From Octopus bimaculoides (Eukaryota): a stretch of 57,611 bases of DNA. Location: the NCBI RefSeq assembly GCF_001194135.2, contig NC_069005.1, positions 28,443,289 through 28,500,899 on the forward strand. Reading direction: 5' to 3'. Of this stretch, positions 38,919 through 51,034 are shown piece after piece. Below the pieces are notes generated by a model. The model was not told where the DNA came from and searched no databases. It worked only from the letters and a program-made list of their open reading frames with translations. Each line of letters opens with the position of its first letter. The first letter of the stretch is position 1. Both the position numbers and the translations under genes were made by a program.

Positions 38919-39130
38919 CTGAGAAATGGTGGTGACGAGAGATGGAACAAATAAAATATAAAAAACAAAGTAAAAAAAAATTAAAACATAATAAAATCGA
39001 AATGACAAATTTAAACAGAAATAAAATTTTTAAAATAAAAAAAATTCATAAACAAAAAAACAAACAAACAAAACGAAAAATTGTTAAAGAAAATGAAACA
39101 AATATATATTATATATAATTATATATATAT

Positions 39131-39340
39131 ATTGTGTTGTCCGGAAAGTTCGTGGTGATTTTTAAAGGAAAGAATAAGGTCAGTAAATACTTGCCGTTAC
39201 ATTTTTCATCAACCAAATATGCATCTCCATTTTTCCTTTAACTTGAAAATACACTCTTCCCAGAATTGAGGTGGTTTCATGGCAAATAAGTCAAAAGGTA
39301 AGCTACTATAAATCGGCACGAACTTTCCGGACAACCCAAT
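39131..39340. mobile_element. Tc1/mariner-type MITE, about 210 bp, in a (TA)n tract
   Basis: TIRs ATTG(T/G)GTTGTCCGGAAAGTTCGTG and CACGAACTTTCCGGACAACCCAAT, TA flanks. Confidence 0.8.
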
Positions 39341-39815
39341 ATATATATACATATATATCTATATAAGATACAAAAATCTGACCAACAAAGGTCATAGAAT
39401 CATGAAGGTGCACATGCCATTGGCTTTTGAATGCTGTGGTTCATATATTCACCTAATGAAAACAGTTTTTTTCCATCAATCAATTAAAAATTCAGTGGAA
39501 ACAGCTGTAGAGAATTGACACATTATCCATCTGCTCTTATTTATTTATACATAAGAAAGAACTATGCATTTAACCCCTTCATTGGCACTTTATCCACAAT
39601 CAGAAATTAAAACAACAACTGTACGGATCACTGGCCATACATTGACCCTTTAGCATTTAAACTGACCACATCCAGCCCAAATATTCAACCCGTTTCATCT
39701 TCAAACTGACCAGGTCCAACCTCTCACAACTACCCTACAATGTCATTCTAAAAATAAACAATCACATCTTAGCTACAAGATACTACATGGTTAAATTTGA
39801 AAGAATGTGTGCATG

Positions 39816-39863
<48 letters not shown>

Positions 39864-39959
39864 TAATGTAGAACTGTGCCAGTTAGATATTAAATACTTA
39901 CAACTAAATGTATTGAGAGCAACTTCCTCTGGTATGTTCACTGCGTGTGTATGTGTGTG

Positions 39960-40205
39960 TACAAGGGTGTAGCTGAAAGGCTCATAGGCTGACTATAAAA
40001 GAGTGATGCTAGAGCTGTGAAATGTTGCATGCATTAATTTCAACTTTTCTTATTAATAACTGCATGGTTTCTTTTGGAAACACCTCGCCTCACCTGCTCC
40101 AAAGAAGGCCAAGGGTCACTTCATCTGCTGAGAAGGTGATGGCCTCAGTTTTGTAGGGTGCAAAAGGCATTGTGTTTATTGACTATCTTCAAAAGGGTCA
40201 CATCT
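39960..40205 (+). mobile_element. Degenerate, internally deleted mariner remnant
   Basis: About 40075-40205 reads WKHLASPAPKKAK/SSAEKVMASVL*GAKGIVFIDYLQKGH with a frameshift and a stop, paralleling the 30233 transposase. Confidence 0.75.
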
Positions 40206-40642
40206 TTGAACATCTCATGAGGTTGGTAATTTTGTGTGGCTATTCGAGTTATATTTTTTAGCTCTTATTTCTAGCAATTGTCAGTGCTATTTTGCACCCT
40301 TATTCTACCGTTTTGGCTTTCAATTGCTTTAACCACCTATATTATAACGTATTAATATATCGTTATAGTATCTTATTGTATGCATATATATGTGTGTGTT
40401 CCACCTTCACTTGATGTATTTACATCCCCATAACTTAGCGGTTTGGCAAAAGAGTTGGATAGAATAAGTACTAGGCTTACAAAGAATAAGTCCTGGGGTC
40501 GATTTCTTCAACTAAAAAAAAAAAAAAAACGCTATAAGGTGGTGCTCCAGCATGGCTGCAATCAAATGACTGAAACAAGTAAAAGAGTAAAAAAATCTAT
40601 TTCACATCCACCCCAGCTGTCGTCTCCCTTACGCACACTTAC

Positions 40643-40754
40643 ATCTGCTGGTCGGTCTTTCTTCCCTTCTTCCTTGGCACTTTTGATGCTCTGGGTGTCT
40701 ATACTGCTGTAGTCTTCATCGGAAGCTACGCTGTCATACAAAGGCTCATCATCA
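40643..40754 (-). CDS. Git: GIT exon, 5' part lost in gap 40755-41066: ...DDEPLYDSVASDEDYSSIDTQSIKSAKEEGKKDRPAD
   Basis: YDSVASDED motif; donor GAT|gtaagt in phase 0. Confidence 0.92.
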
Positions 40755-41132
40755 NNNNNNNNNNNNNNNNNNNNNNNNNNNNNNNNNNNNNNNNNNNNNN
40801 NNNNNNNNNNNNNNNNNNNNNNNNNNNNNNNNNNNNNNNNNNNNNNNNNNNNNNNNNNNNNNNNNNNNNNNNNNNNNNNNNNNNNNNNNNNNNNNNNNNN
40901 NNNNNNNNNNNNNNNNNNNNNNNNNNNNNNNNNNNNNNNNNNNNNNNNNNNNNNNNNNNNNNNNNNNNNNNNNNNNNNNNNNNNNNNNNNNNNNNNNNNN
41001 NNNNNNNNNNNNNNNNNNNNNNNNNNNNNNNNNNNNNNNNNNNNNNNNNNNNNNNNNNNNNNNNNNAGGTCAGCCCTGATCGAGCAGACCAACAATCAAA
41101 AGAGGAGGAAGATTTGGTTGTTATTGAAGGCC

Positions 41133-41460
41133 TGTAAGCTCAGTGGTTAGAGTGTCGAGCTCACTATCCTGAGGTAGTGAGTTTGATTCCCGGACAAGGC
41201 TGCGTGTTATGTTCTTGAGCAAAACACTTTATTCAGCGTTAGTCCAGTTCACTCAGCTGTGGAAATGAGTTTCAGCATCACCGGTGCCAAGCTGTACCGA
41301 CCCCTTTTGCTTTTTCCTTGGGTAACAACAATGGTATGGAAAGGGGAGGCTGGTATGCATGGGCAACCGCTGATCTTCCGTGAACAACCTTGCCCAAACT
41401 TGTGCCTCAGAGGGTAACTTTCTAGGTTCAATCCCATGGTCATTCATGACCGAAGGGGTC
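41133..41460 (+). mobile_element. SINE family C with tRNA-like head (inverted copies at about 27255-27510 and 10990-11145)
   Basis: GCTCAGTGGTTAGAG...GAGTTTGATTCCC head followed by a conserved body ending TTCATGACCGAAGGGGTC. Confidence 0.8.
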
Positions 41461-41722
41461 TTTACCCTGAGGTCTTTTTAGTCAACTCTAATAAATGGAT
41501 GGGTGGCATAAAGGAGATGAGTGTCATGATAACACTGAATGCCCAAGTGCCATGCAGTAGGACTGAAACCAGGACCATGTGGTTGGCAAATGAATTTATT
41601 CACACAGCCACACCTGCGCCATCGGCTTTCGAAATGTATTTATCTCTTTGAAGGAGTGTCTAAGATTGATGACGATGATGTTTTGAGATGACAAATACAA
41701 AGATGAAACGTATAAAACTTAC

Positions 41723-41849
41723 TGGGCTCTTTAGGGTTAATAATTATGGAAGCCGTGGTTCCCATTTGTCTCCTCTTGGCATCACTTAAAATATCAATGA
41801 TCAGCGTTACAAATTCTCGTGGGTTGAAGCGAGCAAGTTTTTGGCGACC
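41723..41849 (-). CDS. Git: GIT exon (127 nt, 0->1): Spa2-homology repeat 2, GRQKLARFNPREFVTLIIDILSDAKRRQMGTTASIIINPKEP
   Basis: actcag|GGT...A|gtaagt; GRQKLARFN...IDILSDAKRRQ motif. Confidence 0.96.
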
Positions 41850-42099
41850 CTGAGTAACATGAAAGAAACAGAGAAATAATTGTCAAGTTTTGAAGTTATT
41901 TTGTTTGAAATTTCTGACAAACAAGAGATAGGGATCTTACAATATATATGCATACTAGACAAAAAAATGCGACACGCACGCACGCATACAACAACCTTGA
42001 CATACACAACAAATATGCATGTACACATGCACACACGTATACACACACACGCACCACACAAAAACCAAAAAATGGGGAAAAGTAAAAGAAAGCCCTTAC

Positions 42100-42191
42100 T
42101 TGGTTCCTTGTAGTGGAAAATTCTGGATTGACTGGTAAGAAGGGTATTGTAACCCCAATAGTAGAACTATGTTCATTTGATGAGACCCAAA
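42100..42191 (-). CDS. Git: GIT exon (92 nt, 1->0): (I)WVSSNEHSSTIGVTIPFLPVNPEFSTTRNQ
   Basis: caacag|TT...CAA|gtaagg; PFLPVNPExSxTRNQ motif. Confidence 0.96.
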
Positions 42192-42896
42192 CTGTTGGAA
42201 GACAAAACAGAACACCAATTATGTTATTTTGAATAGAATATTATGTATGATGAGGTTGAAAAGAGGCTAAAACATGACTTCTCATGGTTTCCTAGTTATC
42301 AAAATATATATAAACAGGGTCACACAGACACAGAAACTCAACTGCATTTGAACGTGGGCGCATACTATTTGCAGTAAACAGAAATGTGCAAGCCATATGC
42401 AAAAAACAAGGTGTCGCTGTGTGGTAAGAACCTTTTAGCATCCAGATTTCTTTGCCAAATGTAATGCTTATTTATCCACCTTGTTTTGAATTAATCATGC
42501 ATTATCTTGTAGCTTCAAGATTTCAATGGTGCATTTCTATATTTTCAGAATGACATTGTAGGGTAGGTATGAGAGACTGGATCTGGTCAGTTTGAACATA
42601 AAACAGGTAAAATATTTAGGCCAGATATGGCTGGATGCTATCGGGTAATAATATATTATTATAGGGTAATGCTATGGGGTATGTACTAAAATCTTTTCCT
42701 GAATATTCACTGCTGAAATTAGGGTGCATACAATACACCCGTGCATCTTTTATGTCACAGAGTAGGGTATATAATTGCAAGGCTTGCTAGAAATAGTCGT
42801 ATAATCTTCCTCAAACATACACACAGTAACTTCATATTCAGCAGGAGAAGATATGTCTGATGATAAACTAAGAAGGAGTGGTCGTCAATGGAATAC

Positions 42897-42932
42897 CTTT
42901 GGTGGTCACACAACAGTCCTGTTTGAGCCAGC
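42897..42932 (-). CDS. Git: Candidate 36-nt cassette exon (1->1): (S)WLKQDCCVTTK
   Basis: Pyrimidine tract plus ccctag acceptor, AAG|gtattc donor (weak), symmetric phase, no stop; no homology support. Confidence 0.3.
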
Positions 42933-43020
42933 CTAGGGCAAAACAATAACAACAAACAAACAAATGAACGAACGAACACAACAGATTGCAGTGTAAAATG
43001 ATAATGATGGTGATACAAAC

Positions 43021-43093
43021 TTTCATCATTCTCCCTTCGATCAACTTCATCGTAAACGTCCATTGCAAGTTCTTCAAACAAATTGTTGGGAAG
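43021..43093 (-). CDS. Git: GIT exon (73 nt, 0->1): Spa2-homology repeat 1, LPNNLFEELAMDVYDEVDRRENDE
   Basis: tctcag|CTT...A|gtttgt; FEELAMDVYDEVDRRE motif. Confidence 0.97.
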
Positions 43094-44312
43094 CTGAGAG
43101 GAAAAGAAAGGAAATATGTTGGTAAAGTGTAAATAGTATAAGGTTTGGTGTTGCGACGTGGGTGGAGTGTTTGTGTATCTGAGCTGGGAACAGATCGAGA
43201 TAGGATAAGTGGGGGGAAAAGACGGAGACAAGAGGTGGAAGGACAATCTTATAGAGAGAGAGAGAGAGAGAAGGAAAATGTGAATAGAAAAAGAGAGAAT
43301 ATATATACATACATATATATATTTATATACATGCATACACACATACATTTATATACATATATACACACATACATACAAACAATAATTAACAGAAGGAGAT
43401 AAAAAAAAAAGAAAATATACACTGAAAAAGAAGGGATATATGCATAGCATACAAAGGTTTTTAAAAAGTGGTGGGGAGGATGATAGAGATGTGATCCTCC
43501 TGATACAGGAAGGCCTCTAGGGATGATCGAGGAACCCCACTGTCCGAGATTTCCCTGAAACTCCAAGAGCAAGACCCCTCTCCAATTCCTTCTCTCCGAC
43601 TCACAGGTCTACTCTAAGAAGGGTATCATCCACTCTTGCCATTTTCAAAACTTTCACTCACCTTTCAATAAACTCACTCGAGTACAGCACTTCCCTCTTC
43701 CCTCTCAGTTTCCTTTTCAAGTGAAACTTGAAGAAGTCAATGAGATTTCCTCTACCAAAGAGGAATGTATCTGTCCTCATGCTTTTCAGCCTGGTCCACC
43801 AAACAACTTCTTTTCGCCGCAGCCACCGGGCAAAGGAAAACCGCCTTGCCTTCCCGATTGTAGGAGGGCGGTGGTGCAGTCATCAATACAGACTCAGTCA
43901 ACGGACAGATCCATCCCACATAATGAGATATTAATTACTTTGAGTAAAAAAAGAAAATTAATTTGTAAATCTTGGTCAACCCAACTCCCAGGCTGTCCTG
44001 AGATTTTGAAATAAAAAGGAGTACAGGTGCAGGAATGGCAGTGTAGTTACAAGTTTGCTTCCCAACACAGGATTAAGGATTCAGTCCCACTGCATGGCAC
44101 CTTGGGCAATTGTCTTCTACCTGTAACCCCAGGCTGACAAAAGCCTTGTGAGTGGATTTGGCAGTGGGCAAAAGAGACCAACAACAGAATAAGTAATTGA
44201 CTTCTGAAAAGCAAATAAGTACTGGGGCTGATTTGTACTACCAAAACCCTTTGAGGCAGTGCCCCCAGGATGGCCACAGTCAAATGGCTGAAACAAATAA
44301 AAAGATACTCAC

Positions 44313-44364
44313 GGCTTGTAACATTTTCTTTGCCTCCTTTGCTAACTCGGAAATATCCAGACTG
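44313..44364 (-). CDS. Git: GIT exon (52 nt, 2->0): SLDISELAKEAKKMLQA
   Basis: ttgcag|C...GCC|gtgagt; matches GIT SLDLSELAKAAKKKLQ. Confidence 0.94.
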
Positions 44365-44643
44365 CTGCAATGACAAAACAGAGACCAGGTTGAAAACAGC
44401 TGACAAGATGAGGAAAGGTTAAAAGGATTTGCAAACATGAAAAGGATAAATATAGAGTAGATGAACTGAATAATTACAATTAAGAGATAATGGTTAGAGA
44501 GGCAAGAATCTCTCACTAAATTTTATATATATATATAATCATTATATTTTAAATTATACATACATTTATGTTATGTATTTACATATATTTGTGATTATAT
44601 CTACATATCTATGCCTATAACTATACATGTGTGTGTATACAAT

Positions 44644-44681
<38 letters not shown>

Positions 44682-45669
44682 CAATTTAGCTAGGTGTAAA
44701 AAAAACACCTAAGGGATATGAAATATCTGAAGAATTTACTGGTTTTTATTACCTATATCAATAACAATGTTATTCCAATAGGTAAAAAAAAAAAAATTAA
44801 TAAATAAACATACAGTTTAATATATAAATATAAATAAGAAATGGAAAACAAAACAATAAATCGCACTATTATAAATTCAATTCAATTTAAATATTTTAGG
44901 CAAAAAAATGACACATCTCAAATATGCATCATTTGTTTGTATAAAATATTTAAATTGAACTGAATTTATAATTGTTCAATTTATTGTTTTGTTTTCCATT
45001 TCTTTAGCATGGAAAGCGGACATTAAACGATGATATATATATATATAAATTTGAAACTATTATCATCAGTATTTCTGGAAATAATGCTGTCAAGGTGCAG
45101 ATAATTCCGTATAGTACTAAAGTAGCTGTCCATGTATGATGGAGTTCAGAAACAACATGTAAGCATTTTTACTCTTAAATAAATCCTAGATACATCACAC
45201 AATACAACTCACTCCTACTACACAATAGTAGAACCGAAACCTACTCACCCCACAGGTAACGTCACATCTAATACACAACACACATCTGACTGTGTAAGAT
45301 ATATCCTATGTAATAGATATCTGAAGTGGAACTCGCAACACTACACACCTATGCATCGATTAATGTAAGACAGATTTCAGGCGTCTACTACATGGGAGAT
45401 AACTCACACCTACGAACACTAGCGGTCAAAATCAATACACAGTGCAACACAGTTCAAATTCGAAAAAGGAATATCTCAAAGCTACATGCAGTGTGTTTGT
45501 GTGTGTGTGTAAACTTTTACAAGATGTTGGGGTGACAATGACTTTGACGTTTCGGTCAGTTATCCTTCATCAGACTGGTATGTTTGGGCTTGTCTTGCTT
45601 TCATACAATCGCTGGTAAGTTGCTAGCAGCAGCTGACCATTGAGGAACCAAGTCCAGCAGTACAGGCTA

Positions 45670-45855
45670 CAGTGTTTTGGCCACATCTGGAAGACCACCA
45701 CACCGACTTTTGTGGTGGCAGCAATCCATGCACTGGAGAATCCAGTTTAGTGCGCCATAGAAGACATGGGCGAAACAAACTGAGGAAGATCTGAAGTCAT
45801 GGCACCTCGATCTCAAGGCCAGTGCCATGGATTGGAAAGCATAGATAAACATGAC
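45670..45855 (+). mobile_element. Old RTE-like LINE ORF C-terminal fragment
   Basis: Reads approx. FWPH/GRPPHRLLWWQQSMHWRIQFSAP*KTWAKQTEEDLKSWHLDLKASAMDWKA*, resembling P-K-T-W...E-D-L-K...D-R-x-x-W. Confidence 0.5.
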
Positions 45856-46086
45856 CAGAGTTCATCATCCAGCAGCACCCATACAAGCATATTGGTCGAG
45901 AGGACAGCCTCCTGTTTCAGTCACCAGTTAGGGATTCGGGAAGTTGTTATATAATCCACAGTGAGTCTATGGAAAGGTCCTATACCAAGCTAAAACAAAC
46001 CCAAATGTATCACAGTCTGATGAAGGCTAGCAGCTTGAGACTTCAAAGTTACTGTCACCCCTCTTCAAGTAAAAGTATAATAAATA

Positions 46087-46347
46087 TACATTATTTATAT
46101 TTGACGGATATTTGTCCTCATCTTGTTTGTTGTTAACACAACATTTCAGCTGATATACCCTCCAGCCTTCATCAGGTGTCTTGGGGAAATTTTGAACCTG
46201 GGTTCTCGTTCCTAAGGTAGTTTTTGATATTATTATTATTCAGGTCACTGCCTGGAATCGAACTTGGAATCATGGGGCTAGTAGCCCACGCTCTTAACCA
46301 CTACACCATAAGATGAGGACAAATATCCATCAAATGTAAATAATGTA
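46087..46347. mobile_element. MITE-like element with approx. 37-bp TIRs containing a hammerhead-like motif and a tRNA-derived segment
   Basis: 46087-46123 inverted to 46311-46347 with 2 mismatches; internal motifs described in findings. Confidence 0.65.
46135..46180 (-). ncRNA. Minimal type I hammerhead-ribozyme-like motif, sense to the GIT pre-mRNA
   Basis: GACAC-CUGAUGA-A-GGCUG(10 nt)CAGCU-GAAA-U-GUU/GUGUU: 5-bp stem I, 5-bp stem II, loopless stem III. Confidence 0.55.
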
Positions 46348-47175
46348 CATAATTCCTCATCTCTTAAATATAGAACTATAATATGTTCTCTACAAAAAAG
46401 TATTCAGTAATTCTTTAGTTTAATGTAAAATTGTTTTTTTATTAGAATTTCACATCAAAACAGACATTAATATCTACGTCTATGTATTTATATTTACCAC
46501 ATCTATACAAGGTAATGCTTCACACCTCTAATACATAGTTATAATGAATACACCACTGAATGTCACACGCATGCGTAATGTATTTCGTATGACAACATGC
46601 TGTGGGCATATTTCAACAGAAAACAAAACAAACAACAAATCAATCAATAAAAGGTCAAAACATTAACAGATGTTGCACCATCAAAACTCGTGCAACATAA
46701 CTCACTGCATAACAGACATAGATGGTGGTGGTGGTGGTGGTGAGGAGGAGGAGCTGGGTGGATGGGGCGTGGGGTGGAATATGGAATATGGAAGAGAAGG
46801 TTTCAATAAACATGCAATAAAAAATATTCTTGTATGAGAGAGAGTGTGTGTGTGTGTGAGTGTTGTATATATATGCGTACACATAAATCATGACCATAAT
46901 TTAGCATCCACTCTTCCATGCTTGCCCAAGTCAGGTGGAGTTTATTTGAGTCAGCTTTCCTATGACCAGGTGCCCTTCACGTTGCCAACCCTCACCTGTT
47001 TCCAAGCTTGGTCTGACTTGATGCCAAGGAAGAAGACACAACCACCTCAAGACGCTGCTAAATACAAACAAACATGTACATAACATACATACATACATAA
47101 ATACATGCACATACATGTATATGCTTTAAATCTATGTGAACAAATACATCACAGAAAAATGTGTGTCTATGAGTA

Positions 47176-47221
<46 letters not shown>

Positions 47222-47529
47222 TACACACACAAAATTCATGATTCAGCACAGACCAGTACTTGTATACACCTATTATGTGTTTTTGACATTTTGTTACCCA
47301 TTATACACACATTATATATATATATATACATACATACATATGTATAATTCTGCATAGTTGTATTCCAATGCATATATAAACACTTACAATCACTCAAGAA
47401 CTTTATCTACACACACATTTATATTTAAATTGCCACATGAACATATGCATATGTACAAATATTCATGCACATAAAAGTGTGCATGCACACGCACACACAT
47501 CTAAATACATTCATAAAAATGTGAATGTA

Positions 47530-47570
<41 letters not shown>

Positions 47571-48841
47571 CCAAACAAATCTGCATTCACATACATGCTA
47601 CTCTATGTGTGTGTATTGTGTATGTATATACACAGACACACACACACACTTTTTTCCACATGTCTACACACATAAACAATGAACACACACATACACATGT
47701 ATGAATGTGGCATGTGCATGTATTAACATTTAATTCCATTCATTGAAATTATCAGACATGCTNNNNNNNNNNNNNNNNNNNNNNNNNNNNNNNNNNNNNN
47801 NNNNNNNNNNNNNNNNNNNNNNNNNNNNNNNNNNNNNNNNNNNNNNNNNNNNNNNNNNNNNNNNNNNNNNNNNNNNNNNNNNNNNNNNNNNNNNNNNNNN
47901 NNNNNNNNNNNNNNNNNNNTATATATATATATATATATATACATACATATATATACACCTATACACAATATATATATACGCATACACCCACGCACACAAC
48001 ATTCCGGTGTGAAACACACAAGTCAAACAAAAAAATTACACAAAAACAAAAAAAGAGAACCCAAAAAATCCCAAAAGCTCCCCCCCACACTTCCACTGCC
48101 ATCTATGAAAAAACAAATGAAGAAAGAATGAGTATATAACATTAGAGATGGATTTCACACACGCTCACGCACACACACCTCTTACATTACAATCTTTGTG
48201 TATGCTTGTGTGTCTATGTAGACAAATCCAACTGCATATGAATCCATGTACACACATATACACATAGAAGCAATGACCTTGGAATACAGGCTTGCAACAA
48301 CAGCTATGAAACGCCAGACCAGCAAGAGGAGATAACTGGAGATATAGCTAAATAGATGTATTTAATAAACATCGGAAAAACTATATCCATTATTTGTGTT
48401 CGTTGACGTGCATAGAAATAAATACACACACACACACGTCTCAGGAAGTATGACATCACGACACACACACTCTACACATGCTTTTCTACTCTGGGCACAA
48501 GGCCCAAAATTTGGGGGGAGTGGGGGAGCAGTCGATTAGATCGACCCCACTATGCAACCAGTACTTAATTTATCAACCCCAAAAGGATGAAAGGCAAAGT
48601 CGAAAATTTGGCGAAATTTGAACTCAGAATGTAAAGACAGACAAAATACCGCTAAACACTTCAACCGGTGTGCTAACGTTTCTGCCAGCTCTCCGCCTTA
48701 TGCTCTATAAGTGTATATGTATGTGCATATACATCTATATGTTCTTATGTATGTGTGTGTGTGTATATATACACACATTTATATACGAGTCAATACTTCA
48801 TAAAAACTTTATTAATTTCGTGAATGATCATGGGATTACAC

Positions 48842-49135
48842 CTAGAGACTGGAACAGTTAGTCTTACTATGAGACTGAGATAGTCATGGTGTTACTATGA
48901 GACTGGGACAGTCAGTCTTACTATGAGACTGAGATAGTCATGGTCTTACTATGAGACTGGGACAGTCAGTCTTACTATGAGACCGAGATAGTCATGGTCT
49001 TACTATGAGACTGGGACAGTCAGTCTTACTATGAGACTGAAATAGTCATGGTCCTACCATGAGACTGGGACAGCCACAGTCACACTGAGACTGGAACAAT
49101 CGTGGTCTTACTGTGAGACTGGGATAAGCATGGGC
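48842..49135. repeat. Dimeric 54-bp minisatellite (alternating 28- and 26-bp monomers), about 4 clean dimers with degenerate ends
   Basis: CTATGAGACTGAGATAGTCATGGTCTTA alternating with CTATGAGACTGGGACAGTCAGTCTTA. Confidence 0.95.
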
Positions 49136-49935
49136 TCACCATAACTACAGAATGCTGCTGAGACAGACACAGCTAGAAATCTCATTAAATAATTCTTTAA
49201 CCCCTGTCTACAGCTGGTTGGAGGAGGAGGAGGAGGAGGAGGAGAAGATGGAGCAGAAAACAAAGAAGAGCAGATAGTTTATTGTATGAAAAAAAATAGA
49301 AAGAAAGAAAAATCTGTGTGTGTGTGTGGAGGAATCTTTGATGAATTGTCATGCTCTGTTGTGGAATATCCAACAGCAGATCAAGGGTGGCACTGTTTCA
49401 GAGAAAAGAGAAGGGGGGGGGGAAGAGAGTAAGTAGAAAAGTGGATGTAGAGAGGGACAGAGAGAGAGAGTAAGAAGAAAGAAAGGAAAGATATGTAAAG
49501 AAAAAAAATGAATTTAACTTTAAAGAAATTTCTGTTGTGCTTGTATTTGTGTATATGCCTGGGTGTGTATGTATGTCAGCATGTGTGTGTGTGTATGTCT
49601 GTCTGCATGTATGTTTGTGCATGTGATTATCTGTATATGTGCATGTCCACATGTGTATGCATGTCCGCGTGTGTGTGCATGCATGTCCGTGTGCATGTGT
49701 ATGAGCGTATCTGCATGTGCATGTTTGTGTGTACATAGGGACACATCTGTGCAGTCATTTTGTTCTATATTCACATTTATTTGTGCATGTGCACACGTGT
49801 ATGTGGACCTTTGAAGGTATGTCAGAGTGTGAATGTACGTACAAACATACATATGCACATGTGACTGTTTGTCGTACATGTGGACATGTGTAAATGTGGA
49901 TGTATTTATGCATGTTTGGGCATATGCCTCTATAT

Positions 49936-50220
49936 CAGTGGTTCCCAAAGTGGGCAGTACTGCCCCCTTGGGGGTGATGGAGAGATCCAGGGGTCACTGA
50001 AGAAAAGTGGGATGATAATGGGGTGGCCAAAATGGGGTGATGGATGTAAAAAAAATATATATATTAATAGTTTAATCAGGTTTAAGTTTTATTTATGAAA
50101 TACAGTTGTTTTGAATTTGGTGCAGAAAATGGTCTACATTTGTGGTGGGAGGGTGGGGGCCGCTGGAATGTGGCCTGGGTGCTAAGGGGGCTTCAGCCTG
50201 AAAAAATTTGGGAACCACTA
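49936..50220. mobile_element. hAT-type MITE
   Basis: TIR CAGTGGTTCCCAAA / TTTGGGAACCACTA; 8-bp TSD CTCTATAT / CTCTACAT (7 of 8 match). Confidence 0.8.
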
Positions 50221-50495
50221 CTCTACATGAATGTAGGTGTGTGCCTGTACATATGCCCATGTTGCTGTTAATGTGGACAGATACATGTGTGCATATGCAT
50301 GTGTTTATGTATGTATATATGCCTTGATAGATGCAACTATATAAATAGAGAGAGAGAGAGAGAGAGAGAAAGCTTAGAAGTTGGCAGTAAGTGGCAGCAA
50401 TAAGCAAAAAAAAAAAGGTGAATAATAAAAATAATAATTAAAAAAAGACGCATTCTTACTGTCGATTGCCCCTAGCAGAAGGGAAATCTACCAAC

Positions 50496-50541
50496 CTGTC
50501 AGCCATCTCTGGGATGATGAAGTGATGGTTACTACGATGAT
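50496..50541 (-). CDS. Git: GIT exon (46 nt, 1->2): (D)HRSNHHFIIPEMAD(S)
   Basis: ccccag|AT...AG|gttggt; HFIIPxMAD motif. Confidence 0.93.
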
Positions 50542-50616
50542 CTGGGGAGGAAGACAAAGAGGAAAAGAAAAAAAAATGCATTGAGTACTTGCATGTTTCG
50601 ATACACACACACACAC

Positions 50617-50656
<40 letters not shown>

Positions 50657-50839
50657 AGATGCACATACAAACATGGTGTTTGTTATGTGTAGAAATAGAC
50701 ATACAACTGTCACTGTTATGTTTAGAACTCCATGTAGGTTATCGTCCAGTATATATATCCATATGTACATATAGTTAAACAGATTGACTCCAGGACTAAC
50801 TCACTGGTCTCTTTTGCTAAACCACTAAATTATGGTCAT

Positions 50840-51034
50840 TTAAACAAACCAATACACAATCACACACAGGTAAGGAGTCAAAAAATGGATAACTGCTGTG
50901 CTGATGATGCCTACTGAGGCAGAAATATGTATCCACAACAGTTCTCTTGACTTCAGACGATAAGAATGTCTTCTCTTTAACAGCATGTCAATTTTGGAGA
51001 ATTCTAGATTCTTGGAGATGGTCATAAATGCCAC
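50840..51034 (-). mobile_element. Possible Penelope-like GIY-YIG endonuclease C-terminal remnant
   Basis: LEFSKIDMLLKRRHSYRLKSRELLWIH loosely resembles F..IxIL......R...E...I. Confidence 0.25.

Noticed and set aside
41133-41205. tRNA gene
   Set aside because: A/B boxes are present but there is no acceptor stem or terminator, and it continues into a SINE body repeated elsewhere
48842-49135. CRISPR array
   Set aside because: Palindromic repeats of similar size, but no unique spacers, no cas genes, and a eukaryotic intron context
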